A DNA stretch of 63,589 nucleotides, filler included, from Reticulomyxa filosa (taxonomy: Eukaryota; Protista; Foraminifera), in the NCBI GenBank assembly GCA_000512085.1. It is 15 parts of 15 records of this genome, joined end to end, with 100 filler letters (N's around TTAATTAATTAA, not from the genome) between each part and the next. Parts side by side here need not be neighbours in the genome. Positions count along the whole stretch, not along the records: positions 44,638 to 55,575 come from ASPP01013465.1; positions 55,676 to 57,847 come from ASPP01018545.1; positions 57,948 to 60,608 come from ASPP01004318.1; positions 60,709 to 62,409 come from ASPP01019418.1; positions 62,510 to 63,589 come from ASPP01013516.1; 10 more parts are not named here. One strand, given 5' to 3'. A program made the position numbers and the translations under genes. Below are positions 51,747 to 63,589 of the stretch, in pieces (position 1 is the first letter of the stretch; each line of letters starts with the position of its first letter). The notes beneath the pieces were generated by a model. It was not told where the DNA came from and did not search any database. It worked only from the letters and a program-made list of their open reading frames with translations.

Positions 51747-52537
51747 TGGATAGTGTTGATAAGTATAATTTAGGGTTTTATCTAACAGTTTCGTCTTTTT
51801 TTTTTTGAATTTTGTCTGCTCTAACTGTTAACAGTCACAAAATCGCTTAAACTGTGGTTCTTTGGACAGGTACCTAAAAACCCAACTAAAGTTTGTTACC
51901 TTAACAAAATTTTATTCATTGTACGGAATATTTTTGTAGATTGAAAATAAATATGGATCCAATTTACTAATAATTTTCTTGAGTATTTCTGTTATTATAG
52001 TATAAAAACTGTTTAATTGTGCGATTACCTTTTATCTTTTTAAAGCCGAATTAAATGCTTTGCACAGACTAGATTTCTTAGAGTATCATTCTTCCAACAT
52101 AAAGTTTTTCAAATTGCCTTATTATGATACAAACTGTTGAAATTCGAGAAATTTTAAATTTAAAAACAGTCCAAGTGTCGAGTATATTTTAAAACTTACA
52201 ATTAGTGCGTTGTAGTATGTAAATAAAATATAAAACCAATTTATAATCTGTATACTATTATATGTACCATTTCTAACTTTTAATATAAAGCAAAATTTCT
52301 TAGTTGATATATGTAATCTATAAATTCTTGATTGATGATAACCATAAATTTGAAATATTTTCTTGATAGTTAAAAGAAAGAAAATGCACAATCTATCAAG
52401 TTACTAAATAGTTTCCAAAAACTTCCTGATGTTCTTTCTACTCAGTATTCCTCATCCTATGATTGACAATTTTCTTTTAAAAGTATTTATTTTTAATTTC
52501 TTGTCTTTTGAAACATTTGATTGTGCAACCAAAAAAT

Positions 52538-54759
52538 ATGTCTAATGAAACTGAATGTGTGGTGCAAAGCCAGGAGAAAGCAACTGATGGAAATGTGCTT
52601 GAAAATTTTAGCAAATTCAATAACATCACACCAACACAAAACATCAATGATACGAATAAAGGCCCACGATATTTAACTGAGATTGAGTCTAGTCACAAAA
52701 TTTCCGACAATCTTACAGAAATTAATGAAAAGCTTAAAAATCTCAATTTTATGACACCAATGGCAGTATCAACAAACAATGCATGGTTGAGTGATCCGTT
52801 ACTGCTTTTACAGTCACCATCAATATTGCAGTATTATGTACGTTTTAAACAATACATATTTTGAGACAAAAACTGGAGTGTTCTTAAAAACTAATTTTTA
52901 TTCGTAATTTATTTTTGATTGTAAAAATCACTTTTAGTGATTTAAAAAAAATTAACTTTCCATTGAAAAATGTTGGCAACGAATAGATGCTAACAAATAT
53001 GCAGTCCCCACTCCCGCTTGACAGTGTATGTCGTGAATGGTGCTTCACAAACACCCCTTTGGCGTCGTTAAATGTTCCCTTACTTGACCCATTGATGAGC
53101 GAACAGACATCAATGATTAGTCCCAATCCACAGGGTGCTATTTCGTCAACAATGAAAGCCCCTTTCGTTTCACCTTGCGGGGACGTTCCCAAAAGAGAAG
53201 CACCTCAACGCAGTACCAATCCCTTTCAATTTGGACAAGACCCAAATAGTTTTCAAAACTTTGTCAACCGAGAACAAAAAACTTTTTGTCAAAAACATAA
53301 CAATCGGAGCGCTGGTTCTTTTCATAAAAAAGAAGTTCCTGGTAACAAAAATCTGTCCATTAAAGTTTAGAACTAATAAATATTTTTAGATAATTGTATA
53401 TTTAGCAAAATTGTGATTAATTTGGTTTGTTAAATTTTATTTTTTAAAACGGAAATTGTTCACAAGAAGTTAGTTCTGGAAATGCTTTGGACCAAGATGG
53501 TAGTCGTTTCATTCAGAATGAATTTCGTGAAACTGACGATTTTTTAAGAGACGAATTATTTCAACAAGTTCAAAATCATATTTTACAAATGGCCACGCAT
53601 GTATTTGCAAATTGGGTTTTACAATTGTTTTTTCAATTTGGACACGACAGTTACGTTAAACAAACTGATAGCCAAAGTTAAAAGGTTTTCAACAAACTAA
53701 CGTTGTTCATGTTTGCTGCAGGAAACAAAGAGAAAGCAGTCAACGCCCTAATTGGCAACATTTTATCATTATCTTTTAACATTTATGCGTGCCGTGTTGT
53801 TCAAACAGTTTATAATTTCTTCAAAACAACGCCCAAACTACAGAGACCCCCCTTGAGATGAATCTTCTTTTAAAATAAACATTCTTTTAAAAGTGCTCAC
53901 AGTTTATAAATCCTTTAAAAAACATATGCAGGCGCTAGCTCATGTAAATTTCAATTTGAAATCTCAAATCTTGAAGGAGTTACAAGGACATATAGTGGAA
54001 TGTGTTCAAAACAGCAATGCCCATCATGTAGTTGAACACATTTTAAAAGTGTGCCCTCCAGAATTGAGTGAATTTGTCATATCTGAAATGACCTCTGAAT
54101 TATTAACTTTGTCGAACCACACATACGGATGCCAAACTATTGAAAAGTTGCTGCAAAAATTTGATTTGAATCATAAGCATATGGTTTGTCAATAAACTTT
54201 TCATTATCTCTACTTATTTAAAAATAGAAAATACGCATTTTTTGGCAATTGAACATCAATTTAACTTTATTTATGCATTGTATACACATACTTTAAAAAA
54301 ATACAGCAAATAATGATTGACTTAATTGTTAGCAATGCTGCAACCATATCAAAATTTAAATTAGGAAATTATATAATTCAAGATTTACTGGAAAGAGCTC
54401 CGTCTGAGTTACAAGATCAAATAATTAAAATTATTTTTGACTTTAGCATCGACTTATCTTGTGACAAGTACTCATCTAATGTCGTTGAAAAAGCCATCCA
54501 TCTGGCCAGCAGTCGTCGTCGTAAAAAATTGGTCAAAAAATGGCTGTCTCGAGACGACTCTTTGGAGATTATTAAAAAACTGGTGGAAGATCAGTTTGGA
54601 AATTATGTCGTACAGACGCTTTTGGTTTCTTCTGGACAAAAAGAACAAAAGAAGCTGCTCAAAGCGATTGTCAAAGTTTGTGCGGGGCAGTCACCAGAAT
54701 CGCCATTTTGTAAGCATATTCTGGCTGTTGTACAAAAAATCCAAGCAAACACAACATGA
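52538..54759 (+). CDS. Pumilio/PUF RNA-binding protein with 8 repeats
   Basis: DQDGSRFIQ, FANWVLQ, YACRVVQ, NAHHVVE, YGCQTIE, LGNYIIQ, YSSNVVE, DQFGNYVVQ. Confidence 0.92.
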
Positions 54760-55307
54760 CAAAAATCAAAGCATTTGAGCTTTTTGATAATTTTTTTCTC
54801 TTTTTTTTCAATTTATTTGTTTTAGTTTTTTTGTTCCTCCCAATGTTTACCAAATTTTTTTTTTCAAAAGTTGACACAAAATTTTTTAGATTGTTTTTAG
54901 CGTAGATTAGTGCTAGACATTTGTTAAGTTACAAAAGTTTTGGGCAGATCCTTGTCCAAGTGTTTAAAATTTTGAAACAAAAAACAAGTTCCTTTAGGGA
55001 TATTACACCATGTTCAAACATTTTTTCATATCGTGGTGATTATCAATAAAACAAATATAAAAGTATGACAAAAGTGCAAGGCTTGCGGAGAAAGATGCAA
55101 AGCGGCTTTTGCCCTTTTGATGATGTAATATCAGAGTTGAGAGGTGCGCTCAAGCGTGTTTCATATTTTTCCGTCAAATTCTGGACATAATCCGTTTGTT
55201 TAAAAATGTTGAATTTTTTAATGAAATGAAGACTTTTGTTTCTTTCCTTTTATTTTTTTATCTTTATTTTTGAACAACAGGTGGGCTCCAAAATACCCCA
55301 CGTTGGT

Positions 55308-55525
55308 TTAATTCACTACGAAAGTATCCCCCAGAAAAGATGTATTTGACTCCAGGTAAAATACCTCGGCCATCGGAATTTTGGGGAGACCGTATCCGCG
55401 AATTAATTTTAAAGAATCGGCGTCGTCCAGATTGGATACCCTCCTTGCACCCGAGAACCACACAAGTTGCAAATATAATGGCAGGAGCACATTTCCAGGA
55501 AGCTTTTTCGACACCAACGTTTCGT
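55308..55525 (-). CDS. Probable terminal exon of an unknown gene
   Basis: GC-richer open frame next to a contig-edge intron; reading frame uncertain. Confidence 0.3.
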
Positions 55526-55813
55526 TAAAAAAAAAAAAAAAAAAGGAAAAAAAAAAAAAAAAAAAATTAAAAAAANNNNNNNNNNNNNNNNNNNNNNNNN
55601 NNNNNNNNNNNNNNNNNNNTTAATTAATTAANNNNNNNNNNNNNNNNNNNNNNNNNNNNNNNNNNNNNNNNNNNNTAATATTAAGAATTATTTATATATA
55701 TATATATATATATACATATATACATTTTTTGGTATAATCAACATTGATATAGAGTAACATATATATGCATGCATATACATATACATATATTTTTGTCAAC
55801 TCTATTTTTTCAA

Positions 55814-56437
55814 GATATCTCGAAACTCTTCGAACGTGTGTTGAGTCTAGAACTTGACGGATCGTTAGTAACAGAATTGCCGGAAACGGCCAATGCACGT
55901 ACAACAGAGTTGACAATGTACGTAAAAGGTGGATCGTTTGGACAAGATCTTTATCAAAAGTATTCGCTACCCACAACTATTACTCAGTTTAAGGTGTCTC
56001 CAGTCGGCTCTTCTTGCGTGGTGAAAGGATGGAACGATTCTTCCGCGGCGACTTCCACCAGTGGATCCACCACTCCATCTGCTCGCTTCACACGACGCCA
56101 ATATCGAAATGAAATAGGCGGTGCCACGCCCGACGATGACATTAAACTGGATACCAACAACAAACACAAACCTGCAGGGCCACAATACACTGGCTTTAAT
56201 CCTCAACATCAGTCAACATTGAGGAGAGAAAACGACGCAATGTTTGAAGACAAAAAAGTCGTATCGAATGCACCAAATTCGTCGAGTGTTTCATCAGATC
56301 AATTCCAAAGTGTAGGCTCTGCTGTTGAAGTCTCGCCCAATGTCGAGAAAAAAATGACTTTCAAAGACAAACTGCAAAACAGCCAAAAAGCTGCCAAGAA
56401 AACTTCGACACTGCGCATTGCCGGAGGCACTCAGTAA
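55814..56437 (+). CDS. Terminal exon of an unknown gene
   Basis: Open frame after a tttcaag acceptor; coding-like composition. Confidence 0.5.
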   Translation, partial: DISKLFERVLSLELDGSLVTELPETANARTTELTMYVKGGSFGQDLYQKYSLPTTITQFKVSPVGSSCVVKGWNDSSAATSTSGSTTPSARFTRRQYRNEIGGATPDDDIKLDTNNKHKPAGPQYTGFNPQHQSTLRRENDAMFEDKKVVSNAPNSSSVSSDQFQSVGSAVEVSPNVEKKMTFKDKLQNSQKAAKKTSTLRIAGGTQ

Positions 56438-57092
56438 AATCGTTGCTTGCAAAAAAATCATCCCCACTGCATTATTCTTTGTTTGTTGACATTTTGAACC
56501 ATTCTTACTCTCTTCTACAACTTGTCCCCAATACGACAAAAAAAAAAAAAAAAAAAAGAAAACACGAGTGTCAACACACTTTGAGGATTTTGTTTTGTAA
56601 GCTTTAGAATGATATCATGTGTGGTGGAACAACTTTCTAACAGATTAAAACCCTAGCTTCTTCTGTTTCCAACTTGACATTCCAAAAAAAAACAAAAACA
56701 ATTGTCAGCGTCCTCTTAATACTTGCCATCAGCGCTATTCGAATCCATAACACTTACAAAATGTGTCACTGTTGTTAGTAGAGTACAATTTTATTTCTAT
56801 ATGCAAAGTTTTAAAACAGTTCTGTAAACTATTATTTTTTATCCTACTTTTCATTCATCTTAAAAGCTACTAAAAAAAAAGTGAATAGTCCCGAAGAAAC
56901 GGTGCTAGTAAGTTGTTGCAGCTGATTTATTTCGTTTTCTGCGTTATCCGCAGTTGTCCAATGCGAGTCACTTATTTTCAATGAGTTTATAAAAAAAAGT
57001 TAACTGTCGTGGGAGGGGTCATGAAAACTCCTACTTTTTCAAAAGACATTATTCGCACATAAAAAGCAAAAATAAGAGAAAAAAAAAAAAAA

Positions 57093-57847
57093 ATGGTGAA
57101 TAACCAAAATGGCGATGATATAGTTGAAGAGAATCAAGCACAACTGCAGTTCAAAGTGAGCCGGAACCTCAGGCACAAGAAGAAACCCAGACGTGGACAT
57201 TGGATGGTAAATTTCAATTCAAAAAAGAGATAAAGCATGGTTAGTATGTTGTGGTGAAGTGTTGTTTGCCAAAAACGGAAATGAACAAACAAAAACGTTG
57301 AAAAGATGACCCTTACGAATTGGGTGCAATTTATAATTATCGATGGGTGGATGCTCAAGATTACATGCATAGATGGTACGAAGCACAAATAATAGATGTG
57401 AACATAGAAGAGAATCCAGAGTACAAACCGAGCGGAGTGGTTGGGTCGGGAGAAGGAGAGACCGGAATGAAGCGGCAAGTAAAAAGATATTCAAAATTCC
57501 GAATCAAAGTGCACTACAAAGGATGGAAAGACAAATTTGACGAGTGGGTAGATTTGCTGAGCGGAGACAATACTCGGATAAGAACATTGCATACATTTTC
57601 GTCACGACAACAGCAACATGGACACTACGCCATTAGCGACACGGAAAGAGAAAAGATGAAAGTGGGTTACAAAATGGATTGCATGGACAGTTGCGACGCA
57701 TGGTACCCTGCCCAAATCATCAAAGAAACCCCCTATTTGTTTCTTGTCCACTACGAAAATTGGGGCAATAAATATAACGAATGGATCAACAAAGACAGCT
57801 ATCGATTTGCGATACTGAATACGTTAAACAAAAAAAAAAAAAAAAAA
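57093..57847 (+). CDS. Protein with tandem MBT/chromo-barrel (Tudor-knot-like) domains, 3'-truncated
   Basis: VDAQD...WYEAQI...KVHYKGWKDKFDEWV and KVG-KMDCMD...WYPAQI...LVHYENWGNKYNEWI. Confidence 0.8.
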
Positions 57848-58786
57848 NNNNNNNNNNNNNNNNNNNNNNNNNNNNNNNNNNNNNNNNNNNNTTAATTAAT
57901 TAANNNNNNNNNNNNNNNNNNNNNNNNNNNNNNNNNNNNNNNNNNNNATGGTATTGTGTGGAAAGTCAAGATACCACTGATTATGACATTACTTTTCAAC
58001 AAAGAAAATCTTCATAAAATCTTTATTTGTTTTTTTTTTAAAAGAAATAATTGAATGATTCATTTGAAACTTCAAATATTTGTAATATCAAATGGATTCA
58101 ATTGATTACAAAAAATTTCCTCATTTTATGAATAATTTTTGTTTTTTGTTGCTAAATCGAAAAATATTGAAAAAAATTTGATGTTCTGAAAAATAGAATT
58201 AACAACAAAAATTAGTTTTAAATTTCGTAAATGTCAATACCATTACTTTGTTGTATATTTGAAGTTTTTTTTTAGAACTGCTTTTAATTTGTAATTTTTT
58301 AGTTTATAAACAAAGAACGAGAGCAACAAAATATGTAAAGTCATTATCATTACCAAATGAAAATGAAAGTTCATTTCCTTTGTGAAATGGGACAAATGAG
58401 ATTTAGTTTTGTAATAAAGGATCCAATGAAAATTTTATTATTTTTTGCATTGCAAAAAATCAATAATATATGATGTTTAATTTGAATGCATATCTATATT
58501 TAATAAAACAATTGATATATTTTGTCTATTTTCGTTTTGAGATAGACGGCGTTGTATCAATACCTGGAATTTGAAAATATTTTTTGTTATTTATGAACAA
58601 TAATTTAATTGAGTGTTCAATTGGAATAATCAGGAAACAGTTCTTATAACAAAAAAGAAAGAACAATATTTGTTTTATGGTTATTTTTCTTTAGGCATTT
58701 ATCCAATTTTAATAATGTTTTCAAATTTGTCTTTTATTCTTTGAAATCGTAACATGAATAAGTACAAATAGAACAATTATTTAGAC

Positions 58787-59011
58787 TGTGGGACTTGTGA
58801 GAAGACTAAGTGTAATACAAAAGGAGCTTGGTTCCAAAAGAACAACTTCGGTAAAGAAAGTAAATTAAAAAAAGGAATAATGACAACTAAAAAGGAGAGA
58901 AACAAGTACAAAGAGAGAAAAGTGAGTTGTGTTGAGAAGAGGGTTTTAACCCACTGGGGGTCCCACCGTTCCGTTAGTAGTTGGGGATTTATAATAGGGA
59001 CTTTCCCTACA
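58787..59011 (-). mobile_element. Probable solo LTR (225 bp)
   Basis: TG...CA ends with imperfect TIR TGTGGGA/TCCCTACA; AGAC direct repeats at 58783-58786 and 59012-59015; TATAAAT on the minus strand. Confidence 0.6.
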
Positions 59012-60099
59012 AGACATATATTTCAGCATCATACAATTTCAAAAAATTTTTAAAACAGGTTGCATTTCGAATGTAATTTTTGATTATAATGCGTAGAGTT
59101 TTTGTTTTATCATTTCGTTTCTGTTTGTTTTGATCGTTCCAATCTCTCCTCTTTCAAATGTTTCAAGTTCATGAAAACAAGTTCTACTCCGCAAAACTTC
59201 TTTTTAAGCAAACTAAAGCCTTATAAACGTTCCTTATTTGCTTAGTAAGCTATTAAGGAAGAAAAAAAAACTAGAAAAAATTCTGTGTCCTAATCTGTTT
59301 TTTAAAAACTCTATATTTTTATATTTATTTTTAAATTTGATTGTTTATACAGTTTAAAAATCTTTTTTATAAGAAATTATATTTTGAAAAAATTGATAGT
59401 TAGTTGCAAAAATATACAAAATCCATTTGTGTTATATTATTTTATTTGCATTTCATAAAGGCAGAAAAATCTCTCTAATTCTGCGTCAAGTTTTTTTGGA
59501 GTATTTTTTGGGGGAAGAAGAATAGATTTGCTTTCACTTTTTTTTCAATTCAATTTTGGTTTCTTGTTTCAAAAAAAAAAAGTGAAATAAGAAACTTTGC
59601 TGAGATTATTTTAGTTCATTTCAATTACACAAATTTTAATTCATTTTCAAAGATGTGCCAAATGAAGTATTTTCAAAATTTCAATCAAAAATAAGTGCAA
59701 AAAAAAACTTAATTTGGTTTGCGAACTGAAAATTCAAGAAATTGGTTGCATTCAATTCCACCTTTAAGTTTTTTTGTGGGAGGCAATGATGTTCAATACC
59801 GCTTGGAAGGGACAAGGATTTTTTTCCCCCACGTTCCGTCTCTCCCCTTTTTTTAACCGGTTGAGAACCTAATCCAAAGCAACTTGACAGAAAACACACG
59901 TTTCTGCTTTAATACAGGGGCACTTTGCAAGACTTTAAAGCACTGCTCCATTTGGAAGTTTTGGGCAGGCGATGTCAACAACCTGTGAATAATGTTAATA
60001 TTTTGTATTAGTCTGCTTGTTCTGAACCACTTGCATGCACACTTTTATTATTCTCTTTCCAATTATATTCTTACATCTGAAATGTCAACAACTTTTGAT

Positions 60100-60608
60100 T
60101 GAACAAAAAATAGATACAAAAGACTCTTGTGATGACGAAGAAAAAGTGCTAAACACTAAAAAAGAAACCTTTCCAGTTTTAGTTGCTTAACAGAGACTAG
60201 ATTTTTTTGACAACCGAATCACAAAAATTGAACACATTAATATGTTTTCTTTGCAACCAAATTGCAAATAACGCAGTAGAGTTATAATATAATGAACACA
60301 AAAATTCTGAGCAAGTTTATTTGACCAGAGAAGATTGCTTGCAAGCATATTTGAAACAGAATAATGAAACATCAAGTAAAATTGCAAGATAATATGTTGA
60401 AAAAAAAAAAAGAAAACTATGAAAATGAATTAAATTTAAATCTAAATTCAAAAAGGAAAAATAAAAATCAATTAAATATAATGAATGAACAAATTGAACA
60501 ATTTAATGTAAATAATTTTATTTATTTATTTATGAATTACTCAAGAAAGATGAACAAATAATTGAATTGAATTGAATGAAAATATTAATAACTTCAAAAA
60601 ACAGCAAA
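60100..60608 (+). pseudogene. Pseudogene of a lineage-expanded RING/TRAF-like family
   Basis: 60243 onward reads CFLCNQIANNAVEL*YNEH...EDCLQAYLKQNN with in-frame stops. Confidence 0.65.
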
Positions 60609-60708
60609 NNNNNNNNNNNNNNNNNNNNNNNNNNNNNNNNNNNNNNNNNNNNTTAATTAATTAANNNNNNNNNNNNNNNNNNNNNNNNNNNNNNNNNNNN
60701 NNNNNNNN

Positions 60709-60745
<37 letters not shown>

Positions 60746-60746
<1 letters not shown>

Positions 60747-62345
60747 TGAGTAAATATGATTGTCGCTTCCGGTTGGGACGATCTGACGCAATGGACCCAA
60801 TGAAAGCAGCAACTGTCGAAGTGCTAAAAAGAAAGTCTTCTTTGGCCAACCTGGAGGAAAACAAAGAAGAACATGGAGAAAGAGCAGGGGCAGAGGCGAA
60901 TGGCGAGTTGACTTTAGCAAAAACTGAGAGCGGCAATTCAAATCACAATCACAGCCATGGTCATAACCATGGCCATGGTCATGGTCATAATCATAACCAT
61001 AACCATGGCCATCAGATACAAAGCAATGGCAATGATCCAAAGGGCTCCCATGACCACCATATCGGAATGAACATGGCGGCAAGTGAAGAGAGCGCTGGCA
61101 CTTCCCCTCGTGGTGAAATCGTGTACGATACGTTTGTGAAAAAGACTCGTCGAGTAGTTCGAAGTGGATTCTTGCTCAAGGTCGGCGGGGTCAGCGAAAA
61201 GGATCGCAGCTATTATATGATATTGTTCAATGACATGCTTATCATATCCAAGGTCGTTGATGAAAGCTTGGCCGAAATCACCTCCAAATTTGATCCCATT
61301 GACAAATACCAACAATTGGCTGAAGAATATAAACTAGCAACTGGGTCCAAGGTTAATAGTATGTTTTATATACATAATGCATATATAAATGTATATGTAT
61401 ATAAATACACATGTATATATGTATATACATGTATATACATATATATGTTTATGTATATGTGCATAACGTTTGAAATAAAACAATAATCATCAAATCTCAG
61501 AATGAACAACGAGTAACAACTGGCGCGTCGACTTTATCGAACATTGTTGGCCTGATTACTCATCGCAATGTTCGAGCGGATCAGAATGATGTTGTAAACG
61601 GCTATTTGCGAATTAAACAGCAGCTCCCAGTGGACGAATGCTTTGGTGCGTCAGACATGCTCGAATACAACTCTGATTACGATTACTACTTAAATCGCTA
61701 TGGCGAATACTGCTTTCAAATCCGTACTTCGATTGAGTCATTTGTGGCCGTGTGCAAAGGCCAAGCGCAAAAACGACAATGGCTGAAATGTTTTTCCGAA
61801 GCGGTACGTATCACACATACATATGTATACATATACGTACTCATATGTATATATATATATATATGTATATGTGTACGTGTATGTATACATATATGTACGT
61901 ATATACACTTTCTCTCTCTCTCTCTCTCTCTTTTTCTTGGAGATCTAAAAACAATGTCTCACAACACTTATCTATATATACTGAATATGCGTGTAATGAG
62001 ACAATAATCTGCATTGCGCACCGTACAATGTTTTGACTAGTCAGGAGAATATCAAGAAATGAAAGAAAGAGTGTCGGAGGAAACGGGAATGAGACACTTG
62101 CAAATGACGCCTGGACTGATCCCCGCGCCTATTTTCCAGCCCAGTGATTTTTCTCAACATTGCACCATGTTGGATTGCAAAACAAAGTTTGGATTGCTGA
62201 ATCGAAGATACAATTGTCATTATTGTGGGCGTTTAGCATGCAGCAAATGTACCAATTATACGTTGCCTCATCGACTCAATCCCACCGTTTCGATGCGCTC
62301 TTGTAAACACTGCCAGTTTTGCAAAGAGACAAGATTTTTACTTGT
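60746..62345 (+). CDS. PH + FYVE protein (FGD/frabin-like architecture), internal part
   Basis: RRVVRSGFLLK...MILFNDMLIISK...KRQWLKCF; FYVE-type CTMLDC...FGLLNRRYNCHYCG--CSKC...RSCKHC; His/Asn/Gly repeat at 60941-61012. Confidence 0.8.
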
Positions 62346-62509
62346 GTCTGTGATTTCCTTTGATTCGTTTTTTTTTTTTTTTTTTTTAATGTATCTATCT
62401 TCTATGTGCNNNNNNNNNNNNNNNNNNNNNNNNNNNNNNNNNNNNNNNNNNNNTTAATTAATTAANNNNNNNNNNNNNNNNNNNNNNNNNNNNNNNNNNN
62501 NNNNNNNNN

Positions 62510-63486
62510 TTACAAAAACGAAAATATACCAAAGTACAAGTGGAAGGTATTCCAGACTTCAACAACGAGGTGATCATTGGACCAAAAAGTCCATCTCCAA
62601 CAGCCAACGTTCCCAATAACACTCAAGGGGGATATGTATACACGCCTATCAAAACAGAACAGGGGTACTTTTACATCCATACATATATGTATATATCGTT
62701 CTTCATCTCTTTTGCTTTGTCATCATTTGATAAATTTTTTTTTTGGGGGGGCACTTCCAAAAAAAAAAAAATGTATCTCGTAGAACAGTTTTGTTGAACC
62801 GTGGTTGGATTCCAGAGGACAAAGTGAACAACTGTCCTGAAAGGGGGTTTCAAAACCATACCAAAATGTCGTTTGTTGGGTACCTTGAGCCAATCGCTGT
62901 TTCAGAGGTAGATAACTTTTCAACCCCCTTTTTTTTTTTTTTTTGAAGTTCGAACTTTCTAAAAAATTCTCTTTTTTTTTAGGTTTATCAAAAAAAAAAA
63001 AAAAAAACCTAGCAATGTTAGAATGGATGGCAACTGGTTGTATAGCAACCGTCCGATGCAAGTAACGACCAATCGAAAACAAAGACACAAGAGCAAGTGA
63101 ATGCAATGTGGTCGCGCCTAAGCGTGGATGCGATCAATGAACGTTGGAAGAATGAAGGAATTCATGTCAAACCTCACGAAGGTCCTGTGGTCGTTGCGGT
63201 CTCCTCACCCAAGACAAGCAGGGAGGAGTGGCCGCAGAGGTACTCCGAGGCTCAAATACTCGACTTAAGAGTCACTCCTTCTCAACATAGTATCTATGTT
63301 GTTATCTGCTATTCCGTGGCTGCATTTTGCTTTAGCTACGCTTACTTCTATTGGAAAAACCCTTCATTTAATGCTTCCCAACGTGGAAAATATGCCTTAT
63401 TCAACTCTCCAAGGCACTCGTTCACTAATACAAAACAACACACTTTTCCAAATGCATCCACCACACAACACAAAAAAGAGCAGTAG
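62510..63486 (+). CDS. SURF1: SURF1/Shy1 cytochrome c oxidase assembly factor, 3' part; last splice junction uncertain
   Basis: GYVYTP...G|TVLLNRGWIP...H--Y---Y C-terminal TM. Confidence 0.8.
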
Positions 63487-63589
63487 GTTCGTACGTTCGC
63501 ATATTTACTCTCTTTTTTTCCGTTTCTTTTTTTTTTTTCGTCCCATTCTATTTTCCACTTTTTAGAAGTCTTCACAACACGTTTGCTTT

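Noticed and set aside
18228-57135. Many apparent frameshifts in intact genes (about 18235, 30815, 35873, 36485, 38548, 42465, 47985, 51558, 57132), suggesting programmed frameshifting or editing
   Set aside because: They lie mostly in homopolymer runs, go in both directions and share no slippery-site/stop motif; best explained as pyrosequencing-type errors (raw reads would decide)
2382-62509. Fourteen regularly recurring TTAATTAATTAA motifs (CRISPR-like or chromosome-breakage signal?)
   Set aside because: Always centred in exactly 44+44 Ns; an assembly concatenation linker
1-63589. Alternative genetic code; tRNA/rRNA genes
   Set aside because: Conserved genes end at TAA, TAG or TGA with no in-frame stops at conserved sites; no RNA gene signatures were recognised by eye

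Overview
Eukaryotic, intron-rich, AT-rich genomic DNA in the standard genetic code. It is 15 contigs joined by artificial 100-bp N44-TTAATTAATTAA-N44 linkers, so adjacency across linkers is not evidence of linkage. The lineage-expanded WD40/Kelch and RING-like families, CAP-Gly arrays, microsatellite-rich introns and many pseudogene shards suggest a foraminiferan such as Reticulomyxa filosa (inference, not verified). Recognisable genes: phosphonopyruvate decarboxylase, a C9orf72 homologue, condensin CAP-H, a RING protein, a mucin-like membrane protein, an EF-hand coiled-coil protein, a carrier-like membrane protein, two WD40 paralogues, an OSTalpha/TMEM184-like protein, a PX protein, ORC2, an ankyrin protein, a protein with at least 7 CAP-Gly domains, PEX16, ketopantoate reductase, TTC4/Cns1, a Tom22-like gene missed by the ORF track, a DUF579 polysaccharide methyltransferase, a PUF protein, a tandem MBT/chromo-barrel protein, a PH-FYVE protein and SURF1. 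Also present are LINE endonuclease remnants, a probable solo LTR and a dynein P-loop shard. The most system-like oddity is the intron grammar: GTT-type donors, T-runs upstream and A-rich tracts, not polypyrimidine tracts, directly before AG, often self-complementary. Frameshifts in genes sit mostly in homopolymers and are treated as sequencing errors. All family calls come from motif recognition by eye; no searches were run.
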